A stretch of DNA of 64,000 bases from Candidatus Moraniibacteriota bacterium (GTDB lineage Bacteria; Patescibacteriota; Minisyncoccia; Moranbacterales; GCA-2747515): the NCBI GenBank assembly GCA_046116545.1, contig CP175956.1, positions 1,558 to 65,557 of the forward strand, given 5' to 3'. The notes under the pieces were generated by a model. The model was not told where the DNA came from. It saw nothing but the letters and a program-made list of their open reading frames with translations, and searched no databases. Below, one piece after another: positions 56,238 to 64,000 of the stretch (positions are counted from its first letter, which is position 1; the number at the start of each line of letters is the position of its first letter). Made by a program: the position numbers and the translations under genes.

Positions 56238-58220
56238 ATGAACGAATTCTTATTACAACAATTACTATTTATCTCAGTTACATTTGGACTACTCATTATT
56301 CCAGGATGGTTTTTTTTAATTGCCTTTTTCAATAAAGACAAATTTGCGACTCTTGAAAAACTAATTCTAAGTGTTCCTATTAGTTTTTCTATTATAACTT
56401 TATCTGTAATTACGATAAATGCTTTCGGTATTTCTTTGACAAAGCAAAATCTATTTATAACATTTATTTCAATTATTACTCCCCTCATCTTAATATCACT
56501 TTTCAAAAAACATGCAAAATTAACCTCAAATAAGGATATATTCAACTTTTCAAAAAAACAAACTCTTCTAATAGTTGTATTGATAGTTTTTACAATTATT
56601 TCAAAGGGTATATTCCTTACTAACACCATTTTCCCAACAGCAACAGACCTTGGACATCATATGTTTTGGGTTGAAAAAATTACAGTTGATGCGCAATTGC
56701 CAACTTATGAAAAAATTAAAATTGATCCAGAAACAAATATATTTACTCCGCCAGAACATATTGCTGACTTCATAGTTGGAGAACATATTATTTTTGCGGT
56801 CATTAAAACTTTTACCAATCAGTCTATCGTAAGCACCTTTCCATCACTGGTGTTATTTATTGTAAATATATTTACAATTCTAATGATGTTTATATTGACT
56901 AGAAGATTTTTTTCTTCTTATAGATATGGGGCTGAAATAGCTATTTTAACATTACTTTTCATAGGTCCTCTTTGGGCTATTAGCGGTGCTGGTGCAAAAT
57001 TTGTAAGTGGTGGAGTTGTAGGGAATCTGCTAGGCAACCTACTTATACCAACCATACTTTATTTCATATATCGAGCACACAAAGATAATAGTTCTATGTT
57101 ACTAGTTCCAGCAATTATAACCATAACAGCTCTTGCATACACACATCACTTAAGTGCTTTTATTTTTGGTTATATTTTTATTTTTAGCGTTTTAGGACTT
57201 GCCTTTTTTAATAGAGATGGATTCACTACCTACAAAAAGATTTTTTCTTTACTAAAAAATCCATATATCATTCCACTACTAATTCTAGCTATAACTTCAC
57301 TTCTATTTTTAGCTCCTCCGTCTTATCTAGATAGAGATGCCATAAGTTCATCAATTGGAGCACCTAGTAAATCAACTCGTACAGGAGTTCCCTTCACGCA
57401 ACTCATGCATATGTTAGGTGAAGCTCGTTTTGTATTTGGATTAATTGGACTTCTTATATTCACTACTTTTTATACACTTAGACGATTTGGTTACAAAAAA
57501 CTAATCAATATTGGCAAAAAAGATAATCCAACAAATATTTATGGTGTTGCCTTTTTATTTGGTTGGGGTTGGGCATTATTACTTATGAGTTTAGTGCCAC
57601 AATTACTAAAAGTAAATATAATATCAACCAGAATTGCTACTTACGGAGCATTTCCACTTGCAATTTTCTCTGCATTTGCAATCATGTGGATTATTAATAT
57701 CATACTAAATGAAAAGAGGAAAACTGTTATTTTGCCTCAATTTTTACTTTTATCTTTCTTATTTATAATAATCACATTTACATTTGTAAGTGGTTTGCAT
57801 GATAATGCCACAAGTTTAAATGATGCTCCAAAAACAAATAAAGCACTGCAGACATTCCATTCAGGAGAATATATGAGTGAAAAGTTTAAAGAAAATATTA
57901 GTAAAAATAATTTTTGGTTAGTAAAAGATCATAACCACATAACATCTGATACATGGCTAAAAGTATTTTTTGCAGATGATTATTCATTCCCATTGTCACG
58001 TAGCTATTTCAAACGATATGAAACAAATCCAAACCGCGAAATATGTACAAGAGAAATGATATCAAATCCAGATTCAGAGTTTGCCATTACTTGTTTTCAA
58101 AATCTAAATGTCCATGCAGTTTTAGTAAATACAGATGAAGACGAAGGTCAATTCAAATCAAATGATAATTTCTACAGAATTTATCAAAATGATGAATTAA
58201 GCTTGTTTATAAAAAAATAG
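56238..58220 (+). CDS. Polytopic membrane protein, putative GT-C fold glycosyltransferase
   Basis: Many TM; TDLGHH loop after first TMs; YTHHLS; glycan-cluster context. Confidence 0.75.
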   Translation: MNEFLLQQLLFISVTFGLLIIPGWFFLIAFFNKDKFATLEKLILSVPISFSIITLSVITINAFGISLTKQNLFITFISIITPLILISLFKKHAKLTSNKDIFNFSKKQTLLIVVLIVFTIISKGIFLTNTIFPTATDLGHHMFWVEKITVDAQLPTYEKIKIDPETNIFTPPEHIADFIVGEHIIFAVIKTFTNQSIVSTFPSLVLFIVNIFTILMMFILTRRFFSSYRYGAEIAILTLLFIGPLWAISGAGAKFVSGGVVGNLLGNLLIPTILYFIYRAHKDNSSMLLVPAIITITALAYTHHLSAFIFGYIFIFSVLGLAFFNRDGFTTYKKIFSLLKNPYIIPLLILAITSLLFLAPPSYLDRDAISSSIGAPSKSTRTGVPFTQLMHMLGEARFVFGLIGLLIFTTFYTLRRFGYKKLINIGKKDNPTNIYGVAFLFGWGWALLLMSLVPQLLKVNIISTRIATYGAFPLAIFSAFAIMWIINIILNEKRKTVILPQFLLLSFLFIIITFTFVSGLHDNATSLNDAPKTNKALQTFHSGEYMSEKFKENISKNNFWLVKDHNHITSDTWLKVFFADDYSFPLSRSYFKRYETNPNREICTREMISNPDSEFAITCFQNLNVHAVLVNTDEDEGQFKSNDNFYRIYQNDELSLFIKK

Positions 58221-58223
58221 TTT

Positions 58224-58293
58224 GTAGTGACACCCCTTGTGGGTGTCATAACAGTAATTCAATAACAAAGACAGGCACAAGACCTGTCACTAC
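58224..58293. repeat. REPIN-like inverted REP pair, copy 2
   Basis: gtagtgacaccccttgtgggtgtc...gacaggcacaagacctgtcactac. Confidence 0.8.
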
Positions 58294-58299
58294 AAAAAT

Positions 58300-58644
58300 A
58301 TGAAATCACAATATATAATAATCCTAACAATAATAATCGCACTAGTATCTAGCATGCTCTTGTTAGCAAAAATAGAAGAAGATCAACGTACAAACAATCA
58401 AGATTTCTGGAGTATTTATTTTGTGGATCCATTAGGAAGTTCTAATGATTTTATAATAGATAACAAATCACCTGAAACAAAAATATTTCACTACGACATA
58501 ATAATCGATGAAAATATAGTAAACTCTAATGACATAGAAATTGAAAAAAATAATATCAAAACAGTAGAAATAGATGATGAATATAAAAATATACTAATAA
58601 AAGCATCTGTAGAAACAGATAGTAAGGAAATTTATAAAAAATAA
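58300..58644 (+). CDS. Hypothetical membrane-anchored protein
   Basis: N-terminal TM, beta-rich remainder. Confidence 0.7.
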   Translation: MKSQYIIILTIIIALVSSMLLLAKIEEDQRTNNQDFWSIYFVDPLGSSNDFIIDNKSPETKIFHYDIIIDENIVNSNDIEIEKNNIKTVEIDDEYKNILIKASVETDSKEIYKK

Positions 58645-58689
58645 AAAAGTGATATTGCAATTTTGCAATATCACTTCACTCAAACCTTA

Positions 58690-59154
58690 TCACTCTTTCT
58701 GACGCATTACCCATGCAGCTCCATTTAACCATTCCTCTGATGGAAAATCGTCTATTTCTTCATTAAAACACTCTGAATCGATAGATTGCTCCCAATAGGC
58801 ACGCATCAAATATAGAACTCTCCTGTCATCTTTACTCCATGGATGTTCTCCTTCACTGATAAAAACTTCATTCATTAAAGCGTTAATCCGCTCAGTCTTT
58901 GTTAATATGACATTAGGAAACTCTTCATCATCTCCCTCAAGTCTATGAAACAAGTCTTGCATAGCCACTTTACTCATATATTTAGAGGCCATTTGTTTTA
59001 TCTGACAACTATCATCTTTAGACCGTAGCAATATCTCAACTTCTGAAAGTGTAAGTAGCGTATCCTCATCTGAGCTAGCTAAACATACACCTACGGTACC
59101 ATAAATCAGCATAAACACTGCCAAAACTACTTCAAACATCCTTTTCCCACTCAT
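58690..59154 (-). CDS. Hypothetical secreted protein
   Basis: GGAGG SD, signal peptide, ATGA overlap with upstream gene. Confidence 0.7.
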   Translation of the reverse strand: MSGKRMFEVVLAVFMLIYGTVGVCLASSDEDTLLTLSEVEILLRSKDDSCQIKQMASKYMSKVAMQDLFHRLEGDDEEFPNVILTKTERINALMNEVFISEGEHPWSKDDRRVLYLMRAYWEQSIDSECFNEEIDDFPSEEWLNGAAWVMRQKE

Positions 59155-59402
59155 TCAATTTCCTCCTTTCTTTTTTTAAATTCTTTCAACCATAATTTGG
59201 GAAATAACTTTATCCACACCATCGTTAGGACAGATAGAAAACTTATAATAAAAATCCACATGTATTCCCATGGAACCTTCTTGAATGTTTTAATCGCCAA
59301 TGACCAGACAATACTCAAAATACTAATGATAATTGTAAAGCATATTATTAACACGGGTGCTAATAATATATCTAACAACCAAAATGCAGTAGTATTATCC
59401 AT
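59151..59402 (-). CDS. Small 2-TM protein
   Basis: AAGGAGG SD before MDNTT. Confidence 0.65.
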   Translation of the reverse strand: MDNTTAFWLLDILLAPVLIICFTIIISILSIVWSLAIKTFKKVPWEYMWIFIISFLSVLTMVWIKLFPKLWLKEFKKRKEEIE

Positions 59403-59584
59403 GTAACCCTCCTTTTTCATTGTTAATTTACTACTCACACTTCACTCCAAAATGGAACTCAACGATTAATACTGTCATGATTTATATCCCATGTCAAGAC
59501 ATTTATTATTAAAATTAAAAAAAAGCAATTTGATAATTTTTATCAAATTGCTTTTGCACACTAACATCTTTTGACTCTTCTTAA

Positions 59585-59794
59585 TCATTGCTTCAACTTA
59601 CCTTCGTTAGAAGTATTTTTCTCTTTAATCATACCCTCAGCAAGGCAGATAAATCCACCAATAATACAAACGAGACCTGTTACCAATAGCATATTTTCAA
59701 ACATAGTCTCATTCTGTGTAACTGCACCAACAATGAATGATCCACAAAATACAAGAAGCATTACAATAACTGCAATTTTACCAAACATAGCCAA
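59585..59794 (-). CDS. Small 2-TM protein
   Basis: GGAG SD, hydrophobic. Confidence 0.6.
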   Translation of the reverse strand: MAMFGKIAVIVMLLVFCGSFIVGAVTQNETMFENMLLVTGLVCIIGGFICLAEGMIKEKNTSNEGKLKQ

Positions 59795-59811
59795 TTCTCC
59801 ATCATTTAATT

Positions 59812-60051
59812 TTAACCAAATTGCGCCAAATACATTCCGACATCTTTTGGCTCTTTAACTGTATTTTCCTCATCAAAAAATACATCGCAAAATAGTGTTA
59901 CTGCCCCATAAAGTGATACAGATATAAAACATATCATAAACATAGAAACATAATAATCCCAAAGTAAACTACTAAATAATACTATTAGCACTTTCACTCC
60001 AGCACACCACAATACATATGCAATAAAAAGTTTTATTATTTTTTCCAACAT
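59812..60051 (-). CDS. Small 2-TM protein
   Basis: Operonic, hydrophobic. Confidence 0.6.
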   Translation of the reverse strand: MLEKIIKLFIAYVLWCAGVKVLIVLFSSLLWDYYVSMFMICFISVSLYGAVTLFCDVFFDEENTVKEPKDVGMYLAQFG

Positions 60052-60221
60052 AATACTTTCCTCTCTAGTGAATTTTTCACATCACATGAATCATTATCTC
60101 CAACTTCCTGAGAAGTTGAATCAGCTCCATCTTTCCAACAGTATTTAATTGTCAGGAGTATTCCTACAATCCATACTGCTACATATATCAAAAATTTTAT
60201 TGTAACTATTCCATCAGGCAT
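60036..60221 (-). CDS. Small 1-TM protein
   Basis: AAGGAG SD; promoter TTGACA-N17-TATATT at 60307-60279. Confidence 0.55.
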   Translation of the reverse strand: MPDGIVTIKFLIYVAVWIVGILLTIKYCWKDGADSTSQEVGDNDSCDVKNSLERKVLCWKK

Positions 60222-60300
60222 ATTCCACTCCCTTTTTTAAGGTTCCTGTGTTATTATTCTTTTAAGGTACGATGTTTAAATATAGCATATTTTACACTTT

Positions 60301-61464
60301 ATGTCAAGTATAGAAAACTCATCTCAAATACGAAAAAATATTCTTTTTGTCACACGACCTCTATCTCCTCCATGGGATGAGGCTAGTAAAAACTTTGCTT
60401 ATAATTTGGCATGTAATATTACAAATCATAACATTACAATTTTAGTTGATGAATATATTGATGATGCTCCAAAGAACATTATCCAAAAAAAGATTTATTC
60501 AAATAACCATTTTTCATTCTTACAAAAAGTGCGTCTTTTAAGATATCTCAAAAAACATACGGAAGAATTCGATGTTGTGCATTTATTATTTACTCCAACA
60601 AAACTAAATAGCTGGTTGATGAAAAAAATATTACATCGTAGAGACGCGATTAATCGCGTCTCTCCCCAGCCACAAATTGTACAGACAGTAGCTACTCTAA
60701 GAGATGACTTATATTCAAAAGAAGAATTACAAGAAATGCTATTTGGTGATACTGTTGTCACATATTCCAAATGGGCTAACAACAAACTAAATATTCTTGA
60801 CTTTACTAATGCAAAACAAATTTATCCAGGTTTCAATTTATCAAAATATATCCCGACTGAAAAAAGTACGTCTTTAATGAAAAAATGGAATATCTCAAAA
60901 GATAATTTTGTAGTTACTTACCCGGGTGAATTTGTACGACTTGGGGCTACTGATACTATAGTTGAAGCATTTATTAAACTATGGAATAACCCCTCAAATG
61001 CACATATAAAATATTTATGTGCTTGCAGAATTAAAAATGAAAAAGATGCCCGGAAAAAACAAGAAGTTATAGAAAAAATAACTGCTGCTGGATATATTGA
61101 TAAAGTTTATTTCACTGATACTTTTTCTGATATGAATGCAGTGTATAATTTATCTGATACGGTCATTTTCCCTGTTGAAAATATGAATGGAAAATTTGAT
61201 GTGCCACTTGCAATGATAGAGCCTTACGCATGTAAAAAACCAGTTATAGCATCTGATCTCGAATTATTCAAAGAGTTTTCCAGTAATGAAATAAATGTTA
61301 TAATACCTGGAGCAAATTCCGATGCACTTATTGATGCAATTTTAAAATTAGAAAAAAATCCTGAAAAAAGAAAGTTACTTGGTGAGAATGCATTTACATT
61401 TGCACATGAAACATTTAATATAGAACGAGTAGCAACTGAATATACTGAAATTTATAATAGATAA
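60301..61464 (+). CDS. Glycosyltransferase family 4 (divergent)
   Basis: GT-B pattern; KFDVPLAMIEPYACKKPVIASD. Confidence 0.85.
   Translation: MSSIENSSQIRKNILFVTRPLSPPWDEASKNFAYNLACNITNHNITILVDEYIDDAPKNIIQKKIYSNNHFSFLQKVRLLRYLKKHTEEFDVVHLLFTPTKLNSWLMKKILHRRDAINRVSPQPQIVQTVATLRDDLYSKEELQEMLFGDTVVTYSKWANNKLNILDFTNAKQIYPGFNLSKYIPTEKSTSLMKKWNISKDNFVVTYPGEFVRLGATDTIVEAFIKLWNNPSNAHIKYLCACRIKNEKDARKKQEVIEKITAAGYIDKVYFTDTFSDMNAVYNLSDTVIFPVENMNGKFDVPLAMIEPYACKKPVIASDLELFKEFSSNEINVIIPGANSDALIDAILKLEKNPEKRKLLGENAFTFAHETFNIERVATEYTEIYNR
60638..60663 (+). repeat. GTAG-type REP inside a CDS
   Basis: gtagagacgcgattaatcgcgtctct: perfect palindrome, GC-rich in an AT-rich gene. Confidence 0.75.
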
Positions 61465-61480
61465 TCAATCAACCAATATT

Positions 61481-62998
61481 ATGAGCGATTCAACAAATAA
61501 ATATAAGAAAAATACAACAAAATTATCAGAACATCAATCAGATTTCAAAACAGATAAAATGAAAGTTCCTGCAAGATATTTCATGAGTGATGATCTTCTA
61601 CCGGACGAAGAAACATTTGCAAAATCAGAAGACATCGCTTCAAATGACGGCTTATTTCGTCATACAGTTGCTATGCCTGATGTTTCATCAAAGCCAGGTC
61701 GCAAAAATGCTTCTGGTACAACAATTGTTTCTGACGAATATATATTACCTCAAGTAAATGATTCTGATCCTAACTGTGGAATGCGTTTGGTAAAAACAAA
61801 TCTTCATGAAAATAATATCACAGAAGATGAAATACAAATGCTATTTGAACAACTTGTTCCAGCAGTTCCTACAAAAGCTTATGTGGGAACCAAGGTTCCT
61901 TTTGATGTAGTTACTGATATATGTCGCAAAGGGACTAGTGCTGCAATTGACTATTTAGACATTAAGACAAAAAATGAACTAGAAAATACTCAAAATGGAG
62001 GAAACTTCTTTAGCGAAAAATTATCTCGTCAAGATATTTTTGATGTGATCCCAAAGCTTTATTTACATATCGCAAAATACCGACTTGGACTACTAGGTGC
62101 TGCGGGAAATCATTTCTTAGACCTCATGAAAGTTACAGATATAGTTGATGAAGAAAACGCTAAAAAATTAGGTGTCCAAAAAGGTCAGTATTTATTCATG
62201 ATTCATACAGGATCAGGAATTCTTGGACAATATACAATGTATACACACACAGCAAAAAAACGAGAACATTTATCTCAATCGCTAATGGTTACACTTGGTA
62301 AAATGACATTCAATTCTCGTAAAAAAGATGTGTACAATGAAATGCAAAAAGCAATCAAAAAGCATATGGCTGGTGATGATTCATTACTTAAATATGATGC
62401 TAATGGACCAGATGGAAAACTATATATGACAGCACGAGCAGCTGCAAGTAACTTTGGAACAGCAAATCGCGCAACTATTACTCATAATATAAATAAAACA
62501 ATACAAGCAACTTTAAATAGAGATCCAGACTTAGATTTAATCTATGACATGCCACACATCTCTATAACCAATGAAAATCACTTTGGTGAAGATGTATGGG
62601 TTCACCGTTCAAACACATCTAGAGCTTACGGACCAAGTAAAATGGGTCACCATCCAATTTACAAAGAAACTGGAGAACCTGCATTCATCCCTTCATCAAT
62701 GAGCACCGATGCTTTTATCTGCGTAGGAACAGACGATAATGCAGAAAGCTTTTACTCAGCACCCCATGGCACAGGAAAAGGTGTAAATAGTGATGAAAAA
62801 GAAATATCAAACAAAGAAGAATTATTCGCTAAAATGGAAGAAAAAGGAGTACATTTGTACAACGCTAAATCATCAATAGTCTTGAACCAAGACTCAGCAA
62901 GATACAAAAATATTGGAAAAGTAATTGAGGGAGTCGAAGCAAATGGAATCGCAAAAGTAGTAGCAAAAATGCAACCAGTTAGTGTTATTGTGTATTAA
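61481..62998 (+). CDS. rtcB: RtcB-family ligase (divergent)
   Basis: AMPD, DPNCGMR, GNHF, IHTGS, VHR, SAPHGTG. Confidence 0.88.
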   Translation: MSDSTNKYKKNTTKLSEHQSDFKTDKMKVPARYFMSDDLLPDEETFAKSEDIASNDGLFRHTVAMPDVSSKPGRKNASGTTIVSDEYILPQVNDSDPNCGMRLVKTNLHENNITEDEIQMLFEQLVPAVPTKAYVGTKVPFDVVTDICRKGTSAAIDYLDIKTKNELENTQNGGNFFSEKLSRQDIFDVIPKLYLHIAKYRLGLLGAAGNHFLDLMKVTDIVDEENAKKLGVQKGQYLFMIHTGSGILGQYTMYTHTAKKREHLSQSLMVTLGKMTFNSRKKDVYNEMQKAIKKHMAGDDSLLKYDANGPDGKLYMTARAAASNFGTANRATITHNINKTIQATLNRDPDLDLIYDMPHISITNENHFGEDVWVHRSNTSRAYGPSKMGHHPIYKETGEPAFIPSSMSTDAFICVGTDDNAESFYSAPHGTGKGVNSDEKEISNKEELFAKMEEKGVHLYNAKSSIVLNQDSARYKNIGKVIEGVEANGIAKVVAKMQPVSVIVY

Positions 62999-63059
62999 AA
63001 CAAAAAAAAGCTCAATGCGTATTCACACATTGAGCTTCATTCATATACATCTATAACCT

Positions 63060-63428
63060 CTATTGAAGTTGATGTATAGGAGTTTGGGGTACAAATTGTA
63101 AAGACTTCCTGATATCTTCACCAGTAATCTTTCTCACATTCAACTTGGTTGTATCCATTTTTTCAAGCTTTATACCTTTCAAGGTAGATTCCTCTTGCTG
63201 AGCATCTGGATTTATCCAATTTGACCCAGAACAATCCTGAATAAAATTTTCGATACTCTGTCCATTTATTTCACTAACTTCCAAGTTCTTAATTTTCAGA
63301 GTTCTAACCATTATTGCATCATGCACATCTTCATCATTTTTTTTAGTTGGGCTCAATATAATAGCGGTACTCACAACCCCAATAACTAAACCTAAAATAA
63401 AAGAAAGAACTAAAGCATTTTTATCCAT
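63060..63428 (-). CDS. Hypothetical membrane-anchored protein
   Basis: AAGGAG SD before MDKNA; TTGACA promoter at ~63513. Confidence 0.7.
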   Translation of the reverse strand: MDKNALVLSFILGLVIGVVSTAIILSPTKKNDEDVHDAIMVRTLKIKNLEVSEINGQSIENFIQDCSGSNWINPDAQQEESTLKGIKLEKMDTTKLNVRKITGEDIRKSLQFVPQTPIHQLQ

Positions 63429-63548
63429 GTCAATCTCCTTTTTTTTAAAAAAACTACTTTTCATTGTGTTAAATACAACGGTGAATTATAACACCTTTTA
63501 TTAGTTTTGTCAATAGCAAAGAGCCCCTCAAAGTGCTATACTAGCTTA

Positions 63549-64000
63549 ATGAGAATCATATCAATTTCAGGACTCGATGGTTCTGGTAAATCAACTCAAA
63601 TACAATTATTACAAGAATACTTTGAAAATAATAACAAAAAAGTATTCTATTTTCATGCTGTTGAGTTTTCTATTGCAAATAGATTGTCATTGCGAGGAGG
63701 TACGACGAAGCAATCCCCCTCAGCTATTGATAATTCTACTGAGATTGCCACGTCGCTAAACGCTCCTCGCAATGACAATACTAATATCACAAAAGCATCT
63801 TGGTTAAAAATTCAATTGCGCAAAATTGCACTGCTAATTGATATTTTTCGATTTAAATCACTTGTTAAGAAATTAGACCAGGATAATTACAATTATATTC
63901 TTACAGATAGATATTTTTACGATATGATTGTGAATATCACATATCTTTCAAAAAAAGATTATAAGCCATTTTTTTTATCAAAAATAACTGTTCCCAATTA
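63549..64000 (+). CDS. Thymidylate-kinase-like P-loop kinase (partial)
   Basis: Manual translation: MRIISISGLDGSGKSTQ...ILTDRYFYD; open to the window end. Confidence 0.85.
   Translation, partial: MRIISISGLDGSGKSTQIQLLQEYFENNNKKVFYFHAVEFSIANRLSLRGGTTKQSPSAIDNSTEIATSLNAPRNDNTNITKASWLKIQLRKIALLIDIFRFKSLVKKLDQDNYNYILTDRYFYDMIVNITYLSKKDYKPFFLSKITVPN
63683..63779. repeat. RPE-like palindromic element inside a CDS
   Basis: 17-bp inverted repeats attgtcattgcgaggag/ctcctcgcaatgacaat, with inner gcaatc/gattgc. Confidence 0.85.

Noticed and set aside
63577-63759. 60-aa plus-strand ORF with CHCEE motif
   Set aside because: Alternative frame of the palindromic insert; the real frame is the kinase starting at 63549.
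1-64000. Alternative genetic code (TGA = Gly/Trp)
   Set aside because: Conserved genes are full length under code 11, and TGA terminates genes at sensible positions (e.g. the recombinase at 21076).

Overview
AT-rich bacterial chromosome segment using genetic code 11. Gene content and style (RpoD with a Lys-rich N-terminus, SD-less core genes, LexA/ParB-methylase/terminase/serine-recombinase module) suggest Patescibacteria (Parcubacteria-like); this is an inference. Layout: (1) 1-1965, a partial modular surface protein (FISUMP + FN3-like + conserved C-terminal block) with a frameshifted paralog at 35039-38011; (2) ~2.1-10.3 kb, an array of small minus-strand gene cassettes, each with its own sigma70 promoter, SD and terminator, separated by a conserved GGTTCGAA-containing repeat and att-like half-sites resembling the tRNA-Asn 3' end; (3) ~10.3-29.4 kb, an island ending at tRNA-Asn with LexA-like repressor, ParB-methylase, TerS/TerL, a large serine recombinase, a candidate structured RNA and defence-like cargo (MBL hydrolase + membrane protein, DUF4268/NucS-like, PD-(D/E)xK, type I RM with fused M-S); (4) core genes rpoD, dnaG, tRNA-Pro, HD hydrolase, groES, S41 protease; (5) a 41-64 kb cell-surface glycosylation region interleaved with SD-led accessory units, REP/REPIN/RPE-like palindromes (two in frame inside genes), a candidate anti-SD sRNA, and a divergent RtcB near a TMK-like kinase. 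Top candidate for a new system: a tRNA-targeting serine recombinase with an integron-like promoter/terminator cassette array. All calls are from manual reading; no searches were run.
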